Shown: one piece after another, positions 1 through 9,313 of the stretch
Layout of the letters: every line of letters begins with the position of its first letter
Numbering within the stretch: position 1 is the first letter of the stretch
Origin: a virus
Lineage: Duplodnaviria > Caudoviricetes
Length of the DNA stretch: 64,000 bases
IMG/VR virus record: IMGVR_UViG_3300025154_000071
Coordinates: 14,173-78,172 of that record
Strand: one strand, 5' to 3'
The notes under the pieces: model-generated
Databases searched by the model: none
Told to the model about the DNA's origin: nothing
What the model saw: only the letters and a program-made list of their open reading frames with translations
Translations under genes and position numbers: made by a program

Positions 1-1513
1 TATAGACTTCATCGCTTGCTTCATTATCATGCTTCTTCTGATACGTGCCAACAACTAATATGCGACCACCCTTTGTAAGCATTGATTTCATCTTCTTCCA
101 TTTAAGTAACTGTTCGGAAAAACTTAACTGTTGATATTCATAAGAGCCATAAAATAAGATGATATCGTATTTCATTAGCGGATGCATCGGACCGTTAAAT
201 GCAGCCTTCATCTTCCCGAATGGGTTACTAAAGAATAATTGATGCCGGCTTAATCCTGTTAAAGCGCCAACATTATCATCGATGTTATTCATTGCTAAGA
301 TATTCGGATTTTGATACTCTGATATAATTGGCCTAACTAATTTATCATATACTTGCAAACTCAGATCATAGTTAAGATTTAACTTATTTTGAGTGCTATT
401 CAAAACATATTCGTTATCACCAAGCGGAGCATTCATCATTGCCATTTCTTTAATAGCATATCTTAGTGTTTCTGGTGATGTTGCTATTAAATAATAACCA
501 TGGCCCTCTTCATAGATAAGACCCCAATTGCTATCAACAATTCCATTCTTTATAGGTTCTACCTTGCGTATCTGGTCGTTCCATAGTTCTTTGTTCGGTA
601 GATATCCGAAAGGGCAAGGCGATACAGTATAGCGCGTTAGCATGTAGTTGTATGAAGCATTCCAGTGAACACAGCAACTCATCTTGCCGTAGATTGATTT
701 AAGCGCCACTGCCATTTTAAAGAAGTCCATTGAAATATCATAAGCTGATTTAGTTCTGCCTGTTTCGGTCCCAATGTATGCCTCATATATCATGGCAAAT
801 GTTTTATTATCTTTCATTTCGGACATCATGTATGCTAATTTATTACGATCATAAACCAACAGCGACATATTAAGATTAAAATTATCGATAACATTTTGAT
901 ATGAATTATAAACATCAACTAATTCATCTTCTGGAAACTTTTTAGGCTGATATAACTCGACCTCACATTCGATTGCTGTTGTTATTTTAGATATATAGTC
1001 AATAGCATTTTCAATGCCATATATTGAATGAGTGCTGAAATGGTTATCAGTTACATAGAATTGCTCTGAATCCTGTATAAATCTAAATATAGACATACGA
1101 GCATAGAATATATCAATTGAATCGGCATTAGCAGCTATTATGTTTTTATATGTCCAATCCGACTCGCCTTCGTTAGATAAGATATCTGTGTTAAACATAA
1201 CAAACTTCTTAAGGCTTAATCCGGCAAGTGATGGAGGAATACAGCCATCTGATAATGCTATAATTGTGGCATATTTGCCATAATTAGATTTAACCCAATT
1301 CTGCACCACATCCTGATCTTCTGATACTAATTTGTACTGAGCGCCTTTCTCTTTAAATGCATCATTGAAACATCCAGGCGAAGAGACAATATGAATGACC
1401 TCCTTAGGATATTTATTTATTATTGCTTCTGTTAATTTCTTATCCTCAATGTCTATTAAATGAGAATATTTATGAGGAGTATGGGCTATATAACCGCCGA
1501 TTATTAAAATCAT
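1..1513 (-). CDS. Large hypothetical protein, 3'-truncated by the window edge; C-terminal part resembles a class I SAM-dependent methyltransferase
   Basis: Manually translated open frame from ATG 1513 to base 1 (MILIIGGYIAH...). Contains KYDIILFYGSYEY...KSMLTKGGRILVVG, like the post-II/III motifs of Rossmann MTases. Confidence 0.55.
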   Translation of the reverse strand, partial: MILIIGGYIAHTPHKYSHLIDIEDKKLTEAIINKYPKEVIHIVSSPGCFNDAFKEKGAQYKLVSEDQDVVQNWVKSNYGKYATIIALSDGCIPPSLAGLSLKKFVMFNTDILSNEGESDWTYKNIIAANADSIDIFYARMSIFRFIQDSEQFYVTDNHFSTHSIYGIENAIDYISKITTAIECEVELYQPKKFPEDELVDVYNSYQNVIDNFNLNMSLLVYDRNKLAYMMSEMKDNKTFAMIYEAYIGTETGRTKSAYDISMDFFKMAVALKSIYGKMSCCVHWNASYNYMLTRYTVSPCPFGYLPNKELWNDQIRKVEPIKNGIVDSNWGLIYEEGHGYYLIATSPETLRYAIKEMAMMNAPLGDNEYVLNSTQNKLNLNYDLSLQVYDKLVRPIISEYQNPNILAMNNIDDNVGALTGLSRHQLFFSNPFGKMKAAFNGPMHPLMKYDIILFYGSYEYQQLSFSEQLLKWKKMKSMLTKGGRILVVGTYQKKHDNEASDEVY

Positions 1514-1705
1514 TTATTCTCCTTCGTCCGTCTGTTCGCATTTCTCAACAACAGGATTCGATTTATATTCTATAGTAAACTGGTTTTCACAAGAATAGCA
1601 GACTTGTAAACAAAAACATGACTTATCATCATTTTCAATTAATTCTGCGTTATGGTTCGGGACTTTACTTTTACAATAAGGGCATTTAATCATAACTTGC
1701 ACCAT
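1514..1705 (-). CDS. Small Zn-ribbon protein
   Basis: CPYC...CYSC pairs; abuts neighbours. Confidence 0.6.
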   Translation of the reverse strand: MVQVMIKCPYCKSKVPNHNAELIENDDKSCFCLQVCYSCENQFTIEYKSNPVVEKCEQTDEGE

Positions 1706-1709
1706 CGCT

Positions 1710-1964
1710 TCATAAAATCATTCCATTTTCTTCTAATGAATCTTCATAATCAAGGCCATAGCCCGTCCAATACAAGCAATATTTACAAGGTCGAGAACAT
1801 CTATTATAAGGGCCACAACTACAATAAACCAAACAACTATTCTCGCATCCAGAACATTCTTTTTTCTCACATTTATCGCACCGTGATGTTAGTTTCTTAC
1901 ATCCATCGGGAGCTGGGTCTGCTTTCTCTATGTATTCTTTTATTAACTTCCAATGTATTTTCAT
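1710..1964 (-). CDS. Cys-rich hypothetical protein
   Basis: 84 aa with 11 Cys, co-oriented and tightly packed. Confidence 0.55.
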   Translation of the reverse strand: MKIHWKLIKEYIEKADPAPDGCKKLTSRCDKCEKKECSGCENSCLVYCSCGPYNRCSRPCKYCLYWTGYGLDYEDSLEENGMIL

Positions 1965-1965
1965 A

Positions 1966-4083
1966 TTACCACCATGCCTCTTGCCCTATCGTCATTGCGC
2001 TAGGTATTATTTTTTCTGCTACTTTATCTCCAACTATCTCTTTTACTTTATGCTGATTTTTAATCAGATCGTTAATGCTACGAATGCCATTATCCCATAG
2101 CATTTTTGACCTTGCGCCACCAATGCCTTCTACTTTACACAGTTCTAATCTTTCGGGCGGGACTCCATATTTCAAACGAGTTGCCATCATTGACCAGAAA
2201 TCGACCTGTTGCCATTTCTTAGTTCTAACATCAAGCAATGATAGTGCGCTGATTATTCTTTCGCTGTCCATTTTAATCTGTTCAATTGTATTATGAAAGA
2301 ATTTAACTTTAGATTCCTGCGCTATTGCTGATTGATACGCATCGCTGTTAAGTATGAGATAATATCCTAACGCTATTTTATCACTACCTTTTTTAAGAGG
2401 AACATTGAAGAACTCATATGCCATTGATATTTCTTCCTGAGATATCCATGCCTTTTGTTTAACTTCCCATGTAGGGATATGTGATAAAGCCTGGGAGAAC
2501 AATAAATCCTGCTGATGTAATGTTAGGTTATTTTCTTCTTTAACTTTATAGAATATATCGAAATTTTTCTTCCATGCTAACATATCTTCGGGCAGTAAAA
2601 AAAATTGCGTAGTTACTATGCCAGTTTGGGTTACAGTATATGTTTCACCGTCAACATCAAGAATAATACAACCGCATTTCAGTAATCTGTTGAAAACTTC
2701 TTTGGCTTCATAATATTCCATTTTTCTTGTTTGATGGCATGCTAATGTCTTATCATACCATGTAATTAAATCTTCAGGCGTTTTTATTTTCTTATTATAG
2801 ATTTCTGCTAACACATGAAATGCTAATATATCGGCATCTTGGAGTTGTGATATTACTGGCTCACCCTTTTGAATACGCTCAAAGTCTCTTTTAAAGTTCT
2901 TTCCGTCTTTAATCAAAATATAAGCATCGCCAACTTTATCATATTTAGGGCGACCAGCCCTACCTATTTCTTGAATTAAATCTGTAGTTGACACAATACA
3001 GTTTGGTCCATGGTTCATATCTGATATTATAGTGTTGCGGCTAGGCATATTTATTCCGCTAGCTAAACTTGTAGTGGAAACCATATGTCTAAATTCCTTG
3101 GCGCAGAATGAATTATATAGATTAACCCTCTCTTCCATACTCAAATCTGCTTTGAAAAATTTACTATCGATTCCACTTTCAATACAGGACTTCATCACGT
3201 GAGCGCCATATTTTTTTGCACCGACAAATGTTAAAAATATTTCATCTGGTTTGCTATTAACTAAATATTTTGTTAATTCAACTTTGGCCTCTTTTTCCGA
3301 TGTTAAGGGCGAAAACTTAATGTAATGACGAGTAATCGTGCATGGACGATATTTGCTTTCAAAAATTAATGTTTCCTTTTTTGTTATATTTGTAATCCAT
3401 TTCTGTAGGTCAACAATATTTGGAGCTGTTGCGCTAAACATATAGATATTGGCATCGGGACATAGCTCTGTACTTAATATTAACGCAACCTCAATGCAGT
3501 GCCCCCTTGATGTTCCTAAAATATGGCTTTCATCTATTATTATTGCACCTATATTAAATAGCCATTCATATTCTGGCTTATCCCTTCTTGCCATGCGAGC
3601 AACACTATTAAGCATTTCATTGGTTATAATTATTATATCGCATGTATTAAGATTTGCCATTGTTGAAGCTGTCTTACTATAGTCGCCAGTTAAGATGCCA
3701 ACTTTATATTGAGCGAAATCATGCTCTAAGTCGTTCCAATCTTGTGATTTTTCCTGGGAAAGAGATTTTTGTGGCGATATATAAATCGCCTTTTTGCCTT
3801 TAGAGATTGCATAAGCGGCACACGCTTCTATTACCACAGTTTTGCCACTAGCCGTTGGACTTGATACAACGATATTTTTGTCTTCTACTATATGAGGAAT
3901 GACCATACTTTGCATAGGATTAAAAAACTCATATGGAAATTTCATATATGGAAAGGAACTTGTTGGAATTTTTTCTCCATCAGTAACGGTTTCCTCTGTT
4001 TTAGAGTATATAAACGCTTCACTCTGGTCTAATCCCTCTATTGGCTGCCAAATGATTGATTCTTTTTTTATTTTCTTAACCAT
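1966..4083 (-). CDS. Ski2/Hel308-like SF2 DNA helicase with C-terminal HhH
   Basis: SPTASGKT (Walker A), DESH (Walker B), SAT, TTSLASGINMP, QEIGRAGRP; HhH KVEGIGGARSKMLWDNGI. Confidence 0.88.
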   Translation of the reverse strand: MVKKIKKESIIWQPIEGLDQSEAFIYSKTEETVTDGEKIPTSSFPYMKFPYEFFNPMQSMVIPHIVEDKNIVVSSPTASGKTVVIEACAAYAISKGKKAIYISPQKSLSQEKSQDWNDLEHDFAQYKVGILTGDYSKTASTMANLNTCDIIIITNEMLNSVARMARRDKPEYEWLFNIGAIIIDESHILGTSRGHCIEVALILSTELCPDANIYMFSATAPNIVDLQKWITNITKKETLIFESKYRPCTITRHYIKFSPLTSEKEAKVELTKYLVNSKPDEIFLTFVGAKKYGAHVMKSCIESGIDSKFFKADLSMEERVNLYNSFCAKEFRHMVSTTSLASGINMPSRNTIISDMNHGPNCIVSTTDLIQEIGRAGRPKYDKVGDAYILIKDGKNFKRDFERIQKGEPVISQLQDADILAFHVLAEIYNKKIKTPEDLITWYDKTLACHQTRKMEYYEAKEVFNRLLKCGCIILDVDGETYTVTQTGIVTTQFFLLPEDMLAWKKNFDIFYKVKEENNLTLHQQDLLFSQALSHIPTWEVKQKAWISQEEISMAYEFFNVPLKKGSDKIALGYYLILNSDAYQSAIAQESKVKFFHNTIEQIKMDSERIISALSLLDVRTKKWQQVDFWSMMATRLKYGVPPERLELCKVEGIGGARSKMLWDNGIRSINDLIKNQHKVKEIVGDKVAEKIIPSAMTIGQEAWW

Positions 4084-4091
4084 ATTCGCTC

Positions 4092-5129
4092 CTATTCTAC
4101 TTTGTCTTCTGGAAAATTTAAATATGCAAATTCGCCGAAATATTTTCTTGCATATGAATCGTATGCCCTTGCTGCCTGTTCTGGTGTATCAAATGTTCCT
4201 ATTGTTATTCTTTTGCGTTTGATCTCAATACATGCTTGATATTTTTTTAATCTCTTCGCTACTCCCTTGTATCCTACTTTATTTCTTGCGTTAACGCCCT
4301 GATTCCAAGCATTGCCAAATTCTCCGGCTTCTCTGATATTGGACCTTCTATTATCGAAGATATTCCTATTAATATGGTCTGCGTGTTTAATTTCTGGGAA
4401 AAGATATTTATGAATTGAAACAGACTTTCCTTTTATACAAGCCATTGGATAGGCCCATTTAAAATTTTTATTTTTCTCGTTTTTGCCTCTATTCCATGAG
4501 TATTTTCTTACTTTTTCAAAATCAGAAGCATCGCATATTATTTTATCGCCATAAGAAGTATATGTAATGCAAATATCTCCATCGACATAACACTCTCGTC
4601 TCTTATCTCGAACATTTATACTGCGATAATCTAATTTATTTTTATTAATGTGTACAGCCATATTTATTTCGGGAAAAAGCATTTTAACCAAATATATTGT
4701 TTTATTATTTATGTTGGCCGCCACGGATGTTCCCCTTGTTCTATACCAAAAATGGCTTTTAATTAAATCAAATTTATCTATATCACAAATGGCTTCATTT
4801 CCAGATGATATAGGGATAAAGCATAAATTATCTTTAATATATGGATAATTCCTTTTTTGCTTCATGTTAGACTCTCGACAGTCAAATTGATTGCCATTTA
4901 TATATAAATAGTCCCAATTTGGACGGCCAAGCATTTGCGACAGACTGACTTCTATATCATTAATAGACGTATACGGAATATGCTTGTTTAGGTGCCATAA
5001 GTGTCTTGATGCCATATTATAATCTTTTGCATCGCATAGCGCCATTCTTCCACTTGCCATTGGGATATAACAAATCTCTCCTATTATATAAGGTTTTCTT
5101 TTTGCTATCTCTTCTTTACTTATTGACAT
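4092..5129 (-). CDS. HNH homing endonuclease with AP2 DNA-binding domain (triplicated HNH module)
   Basis: ADHINRNIFDNRRSN; C-terminal AP2 GYKGV...YQACI...IGTFDTPEQAARAYD. Confidence 0.85.
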   Translation of the reverse strand: MSISKEEIAKRKPYIIGEICYIPMASGRMALCDAKDYNMASRHLWHLNKHIPYTSINDIEVSLSQMLGRPNWDYLYINGNQFDCRESNMKQKRNYPYIKDNLCFIPISSGNEAICDIDKFDLIKSHFWYRTRGTSVAANINNKTIYLVKMLFPEINMAVHINKNKLDYRSINVRDKRRECYVDGDICITYTSYGDKIICDASDFEKVRKYSWNRGKNEKNKNFKWAYPMACIKGKSVSIHKYLFPEIKHADHINRNIFDNRRSNIREAGEFGNAWNQGVNARNKVGYKGVAKRLKKYQACIEIKRKRITIGTFDTPEQAARAYDSYARKYFGEFAYLNFPEDKVE

Positions 5130-5151
5130 TCGTTTTGCTCCTTATAAATAC

Positions 5152-5805
5152 CTATATCTTGTTAATCAATTCAACCATTCCTATATTAGTTATCTGACTT
5201 ATTATCTTGGCTGCATCCATATAAAGAAATGATTTATCGTTTGAGTTATCTACAATCATGTAGTATGGATAGTTATCAATTCTTACATCTCTTTCTGATA
5301 CATCATTCTCAAGTAATTTCCAGTTGGCATATCTTTTGAGATCGTGACCCAGGCGCTTAAGCATTGATACATCGTTTGCATATATATAAATGGGCCATGC
5401 TTTATCTATCTTCTCATCACGCTGTAATAATTCAGCGCCATACATTTCATTGTTATATCTGCAATCATTTATAATTCCTATACTGTATTCAGATGTCTGT
5501 TCTTTATGCCACTTCTGTATGTTTTCCCAATTCTTTTTAAACCAATATAAATTATCTTCTTCTCTTCTTTTATTGCCTATCTTGATTAATAAATGCCTAT
5601 TTAAATCTTTATAAACATAGTCAGTGCATAATTTATCATAATCAAGATTATAAACCTCTGCTGCTTCTTTACGAACCGCATCAGCGAAAGGGCATAACTT
5701 TGTGCTGATGTTAAAGTTTTTACACATATCCATGATATGCCATGCGAATGTATCTTTGCCAACGCCATTGCGCCCTCTGATAACTATTAAGTGAAGTTCT
5801 CCCAT
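5152..5805 (-). CDS. Deoxynucleoside monophosphate kinase / P-loop kinase
   Basis: GRNGVGKDT P-loop, FADAVR, INDCRY motifs typical of phage dNMP kinases. Confidence 0.7.
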   Translation of the reverse strand: MGELHLIVIRGRNGVGKDTFAWHIMDMCKNFNISTKLCPFADAVRKEAAEVYNLDYDKLCTDYVYKDLNRHLLIKIGNKRREEDNLYWFKKNWENIQKWHKEQTSEYSIGIINDCRYNNEMYGAELLQRDEKIDKAWPIYIYANDVSMLKRLGHDLKRYANWKLLENDVSERDVRIDNYPYYMIVDNSNDKSFLYMDAAKIISQITNIGMVELINKI

Positions 5806-5827
5806 ATGTTATCTCCTCCATAAATCT

Positions 5828-5856
5828 ATAATACCATAATTTAAATAGAATGTCAA
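5828..5856 (-). promoter_or_regulatory. sigma70/sigmaA promoter
   Basis: TTGACA-17-TATTAT with TG extension, followed by GGAGGAG RBS. Confidence 0.75.
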
Positions 5857-5864
5857 GAACATTC

Positions 5865-6476
5865 TTAAATATTAGATAATTCTTTTACTTCCTTCTGCCA
5901 TCGTATATCTGGGAAGTTTTTAAGTATGAAGCCATAATCATTAGAATCTAGACCAGACCACATTGTTGTTCTGAACTGATATGGTATATTGCTTGTTCTT
6001 ATCATAAAGGCGCTCTCATATAGCAATGATTTATCACCATGATAGCCAAACTTCTCATAACTATCGAAATGGCCTTTAACGTCCATTGCAATCATATCAA
6101 CAAGTTTATCTTTAATGATAGGCTTTAATACTTCTGGCATTGTTCCATTTGTGTCTAATTTAATTTTCTTTTTGGCGCATGATCGTAAGTGCTTAAGCAT
6201 TAAGACTATATCCTTGCCATAGAGTGTAGGTTCACCGCCTGTTATTACTAATCCAGTTGATGGACTACATATCATATCATTAAGGATATCATTAAACTGC
6301 TCTTCGTTCTTTGATTCAAGGAAGTTCATGTTTTTGGCGTTATGGCAGTAATCGCAAGACAGATTACAATATTTAAGAAACAATACGCCAGCCACTTCGC
6401 CAGGATAATCGACCAATGATGACCTATGATAACCAAATGCCTTTATATTGCGTTTAAAATCACGATTGTGTTCCAT
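5865..6476 (-). CDS. nrdG: Anaerobic RNR activating radical SAM enzyme
   Basis: CNLSCDYCHN, TGGEPTL, LDTNG, MDVKG, QFRTT; near nrdD. Confidence 0.9.
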   Translation of the reverse strand: MEHNRDFKRNIKAFGYHRSSLVDYPGEVAGVLFLKYCNLSCDYCHNAKNMNFLESKNEEQFNDILNDMICSPSTGLVITGGEPTLYGKDIVLMLKHLRSCAKKKIKLDTNGTMPEVLKPIIKDKLVDMIAMDVKGHFDSYEKFGYHGDKSLLYESAFMIRTSNIPYQFRTTMWSGLDSNDYGFILKNFPDIRWQKEVKELSNI

Positions 6477-6633
6477 CTTTTCTCCCTTTTTTCTGCTTAT
6501 ATTTTAAATTTTCTTTTTCTAATATTTTGGCAGCCTGTAATATTTGATTTAACTTTTCTAAATCTTCTGCATCATTATATTTAATATTAAAATAAATTAA
6601 ATTATTATGTATTAATTCCAGATGCTTGCTCAT
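6460..6633 (-). CDS. Small hypothetical protein (57 aa)
   Basis: Manually translated; AAGGAG RBS; overlaps nrdG start. Confidence 0.45.
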   Translation of the reverse strand: MSKHLELIHNNLIYFNIKYNDAEDLEKLNQILQAAKILEKENLKYKQKKGRKDGTQS

Positions 6634-6649
6634 ATTCTCTCCTTAAAGA

Positions 6650-6667
6650 AAGGGGCCGAAGCCCCTT
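6650..6667 (-). terminator. cUUCGg hairpin (terminator or processing site)
   Basis: AAGGGGC-TTCG-GCCCCTT followed by TCTTT. Confidence 0.6.
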
Positions 6668-6672
6668 ACTAA

Positions 6673-6861
6673 TTATTTATGCCCACCCGTACTATTTATG
6701 TTTACATCAATATTAAATTCATTTTTTAATATTTTTTGAGCTATACGCTTCTCTTGTTTTGATAAATAAGTACATGAATTTAAACTCGATAATAATATAT
6801 TTTTAAAGTAAGGCATATCTTCTTTGGATATTTGATAATTATTATCGTTGTTTCCTTGCAT
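6673..6861 (-). CDS. Hypothetical protein
   Basis: ORF track; RBS present. Confidence 0.5.
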   Translation of the reverse strand: MQGNNDNNYQISKEDMPYFKNILLSSLNSCTYLSKQEKRIAQKILKNEFNIDVNINSTGGHK

Positions 6862-6872
6862 AACAAACTCCT

Positions 6873-9236
6873 TTACTTATTATCCTTAAGCCATTTTAAA
6901 TATGAACCTTTGCCAGATATCTTTGATATGACCTTATCGCCTTTTACTTTAGCAAGGCATGGAAGCTCAACAACGTCGTAATAGCATCCCAAAGCTAATC
7001 CTTCTGATGTTTGAGTATCAATGACATCTAACTGTATTTGTTTTTCTGCTAAGATGTGCTTTAAATCATCGCACTTAGTACAATTAGGCTTTGAAAAGAA
7101 TAATATCTTTTCAATGTTATCTGCTGATTTAGAATTATAAATAGGCATATCAAAATTAACTCTTGTCCGATCTTTAAGCTCTGCTAATTTGCCTTTAGTC
7201 CAATTCTTAATGGCGCTGAAATATCCTGTAATTCTTGTGGACTGATAAGTATTTTCAGAACCACATAATTTGCATTTGTTGTCTAATCCCTTATACATCT
7301 TATGACAGTCTCTGCATATGGTCATATCAGGACTATCAGCAGTTTGAACTGCCTGTGTATTCTTTAATACGCTTTCGTAGAGCTTCCTAAGTGCTTTGGG
7401 ATCTGGTTCTGATTCGCCATGCCATAGATGTATAATAGAGCCAGCCTTTATCATTGGAGCAAACTTTGATTGTTTTTCTATTCTTGTAAGTATATCAACG
7501 TGAGCATCGTATGCTAAATGTACTGAATTTGTATAATATACATAGCCAGTTCTTATATCTCCATTAACAAACTGTATTGCCTCTGGAAAGAATTTCAAGT
7601 CAAGTAGTGCAAATCTATTAGCAGTGCCTTCTGCTGGTGTTTCTTCAAGTATGCATTCGATACCATATTTACTCGCATATCTATTCATCGATTGGCTCAT
7701 ATATGCCATAATATTAAGACCAATCTTTAAAGCAGACTCTGACTCATGTAATTCCTCGCCACATATTACTTTGACGCATTCATTAAGGCCACACATGCCA
7801 AGTAAAAACTTCGCCTGTTCTCTCCTAAGATATGGCGTGCCATCCATGCCTTTCGCTAAAAAAGATAAACATCCATTATCACCTAAATCCAATAATTTAC
7901 AAATATAGTTATACTTATTTACATGCCCTTTCATCGCTATATCAACAAGTCTATCTATTTCTTTATAAATTCCAGATATTGTTTTGCTCTTATATGCTAT
8001 TCTAGGGAGATTAATTGTTATATTTTGCCATGCGCTGAACCTTGTATCTTCGGGTCTATTAGACACTTCCTCGATATCTTTCTCTGATAGTTCTAAACTG
8101 AGCCGGCAGCACTGTGCAACTTTAACGCTTGTACCACGGTCATATAGAATATAAATGCTTCCGCGTTTTGAATTTATATCGCATGCTATGTCTATAAGTT
8201 CATCGTCTTGTGCGAAGTCATTCTCATTGACATGAAGTAATATTTTAGGAAATGCGAAATTGGCCTGGTTAGCATCGCCTTCTGAAATAACACTAAATAT
8301 TGCCTTTAAAAAATCTCTAGCAATTGATTCATATTCTTTATAAGTCTTGCCATTATATTCTCCACCTAATCCTATTACTTTAGTGTCTTTAAGATATTCT
8401 GGCACTCTTAAATCCATGTTAAGGTCTACAAACGCTGTTTGGCCACCACGACTTCCTGCAAGCTGTGCGAATGAATATATAAGGTGTTGTGCTACTTGTT
8501 TGATTTCTTTATATGATTTGTTTTCCAGAAATGGAGCGAAAAATGTATTAACGGTAGACCAGCCGATAGCGCCAGCGAAGTAACACTGTAAATAATTTGC
8601 AAAACATGTCATATGATTGACAAGCGTAAGCGCATGCTTCGCAGGAGCAGATTGGGCGAGTATGTTGGGCAACTTTAATCCATGTTTCTTTATATACTCT
8701 AAACTATTGCCACTACAGTAACTTCTGCATACAAAATCTAAATCATGCATGTGCAGCTCGCCTCTTAAGTGTGCCTCTGATACTTCCTTGTCAAAAACCT
8801 CGCGGAGTGCATATTGTTTTAATATCTGACCGGCAAGCGTTAAGTTAATCGACTCTGGAGAATGGCCAGTGTTTGAATTTTCAGTATTATGCTCTTCGAT
8901 GAGCTGTTTTACATCATAGACAGGAATACCAAGGCTTGAGTATTTAAGCCAATGTTCGTACCCATGTTCGCCAAGTATCTGATTAACTAAACTACGAATA
9001 TAGGCTGATGAGACTTGTTTGAAATTACTCTTCAATAAGTTTTCTTCAACGCGATTAGCAATCGCTAAAGCGTTTTCAGCATCTACATTGCACTCTTTGG
9101 TAAGCGAGTTAATAATGATTTGTTTGTCGAATATGTCATACTGTTGCTCTGTATTTGATTCGATAAGCATTTGTATGTCGGTAGATGACTTTTTGGTCTT
9201 TCTGGTTCGCTTTACTTTAATTTCTGGATTAGTCAT
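6873..9236 (-). CDS. nrdD: Class III ribonucleotide reductase with N-terminal ATP cone and C-terminal glutaredoxin-like domain
   Basis: HMHDL, QCCRL finger loop, CRDC/CKLC Zn site, RITGY glycyl-radical motif; C-terminal FSKPNCTKC...VELPCL. Confidence 0.93.
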   Translation of the reverse strand: MTNPEIKVKRTRKTKKSSTDIQMLIESNTEQQYDIFDKQIIINSLTKECNVDAENALAIANRVEENLLKSNFKQVSSAYIRSLVNQILGEHGYEHWLKYSSLGIPVYDVKQLIEEHNTENSNTGHSPESINLTLAGQILKQYALREVFDKEVSEAHLRGELHMHDLDFVCRSYCSGNSLEYIKKHGLKLPNILAQSAPAKHALTLVNHMTCFANYLQCYFAGAIGWSTVNTFFAPFLENKSYKEIKQVAQHLIYSFAQLAGSRGGQTAFVDLNMDLRVPEYLKDTKVIGLGGEYNGKTYKEYESIARDFLKAIFSVISEGDANQANFAFPKILLHVNENDFAQDDELIDIACDINSKRGSIYILYDRGTSVKVAQCCRLSLELSEKDIEEVSNRPEDTRFSAWQNITINLPRIAYKSKTISGIYKEIDRLVDIAMKGHVNKYNYICKLLDLGDNGCLSFLAKGMDGTPYLRREQAKFLLGMCGLNECVKVICGEELHESESALKIGLNIMAYMSQSMNRYASKYGIECILEETPAEGTANRFALLDLKFFPEAIQFVNGDIRTGYVYYTNSVHLAYDAHVDILTRIEKQSKFAPMIKAGSIIHLWHGESEPDPKALRKLYESVLKNTQAVQTADSPDMTICRDCHKMYKGLDNKCKLCGSENTYQSTRITGYFSAIKNWTKGKLAELKDRTRVNFDMPIYNSKSADNIEKILFFSKPNCTKCDDLKHILAEKQIQLDVIDTQTSEGLALGCYYDVVELPCLAKVKGDKVISKISGKGSYLKWLKDNK

Positions 9237-9257
9237 TTCATTCCCTCTTTCGTATGA

Positions 9258-9287
9258 AAAAGCGACTGATATTTCACAGCCGCTTTT
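9258..9287 (-). terminator. Intrinsic terminator-like hairpin
   Basis: AAAAGCGGCTG-N8-CAGTCGCTTTT(T). Confidence 0.55.
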
Positions 9288-9313
9288 CCAGTTATTAATC
9301 TAAAACCAATTGC

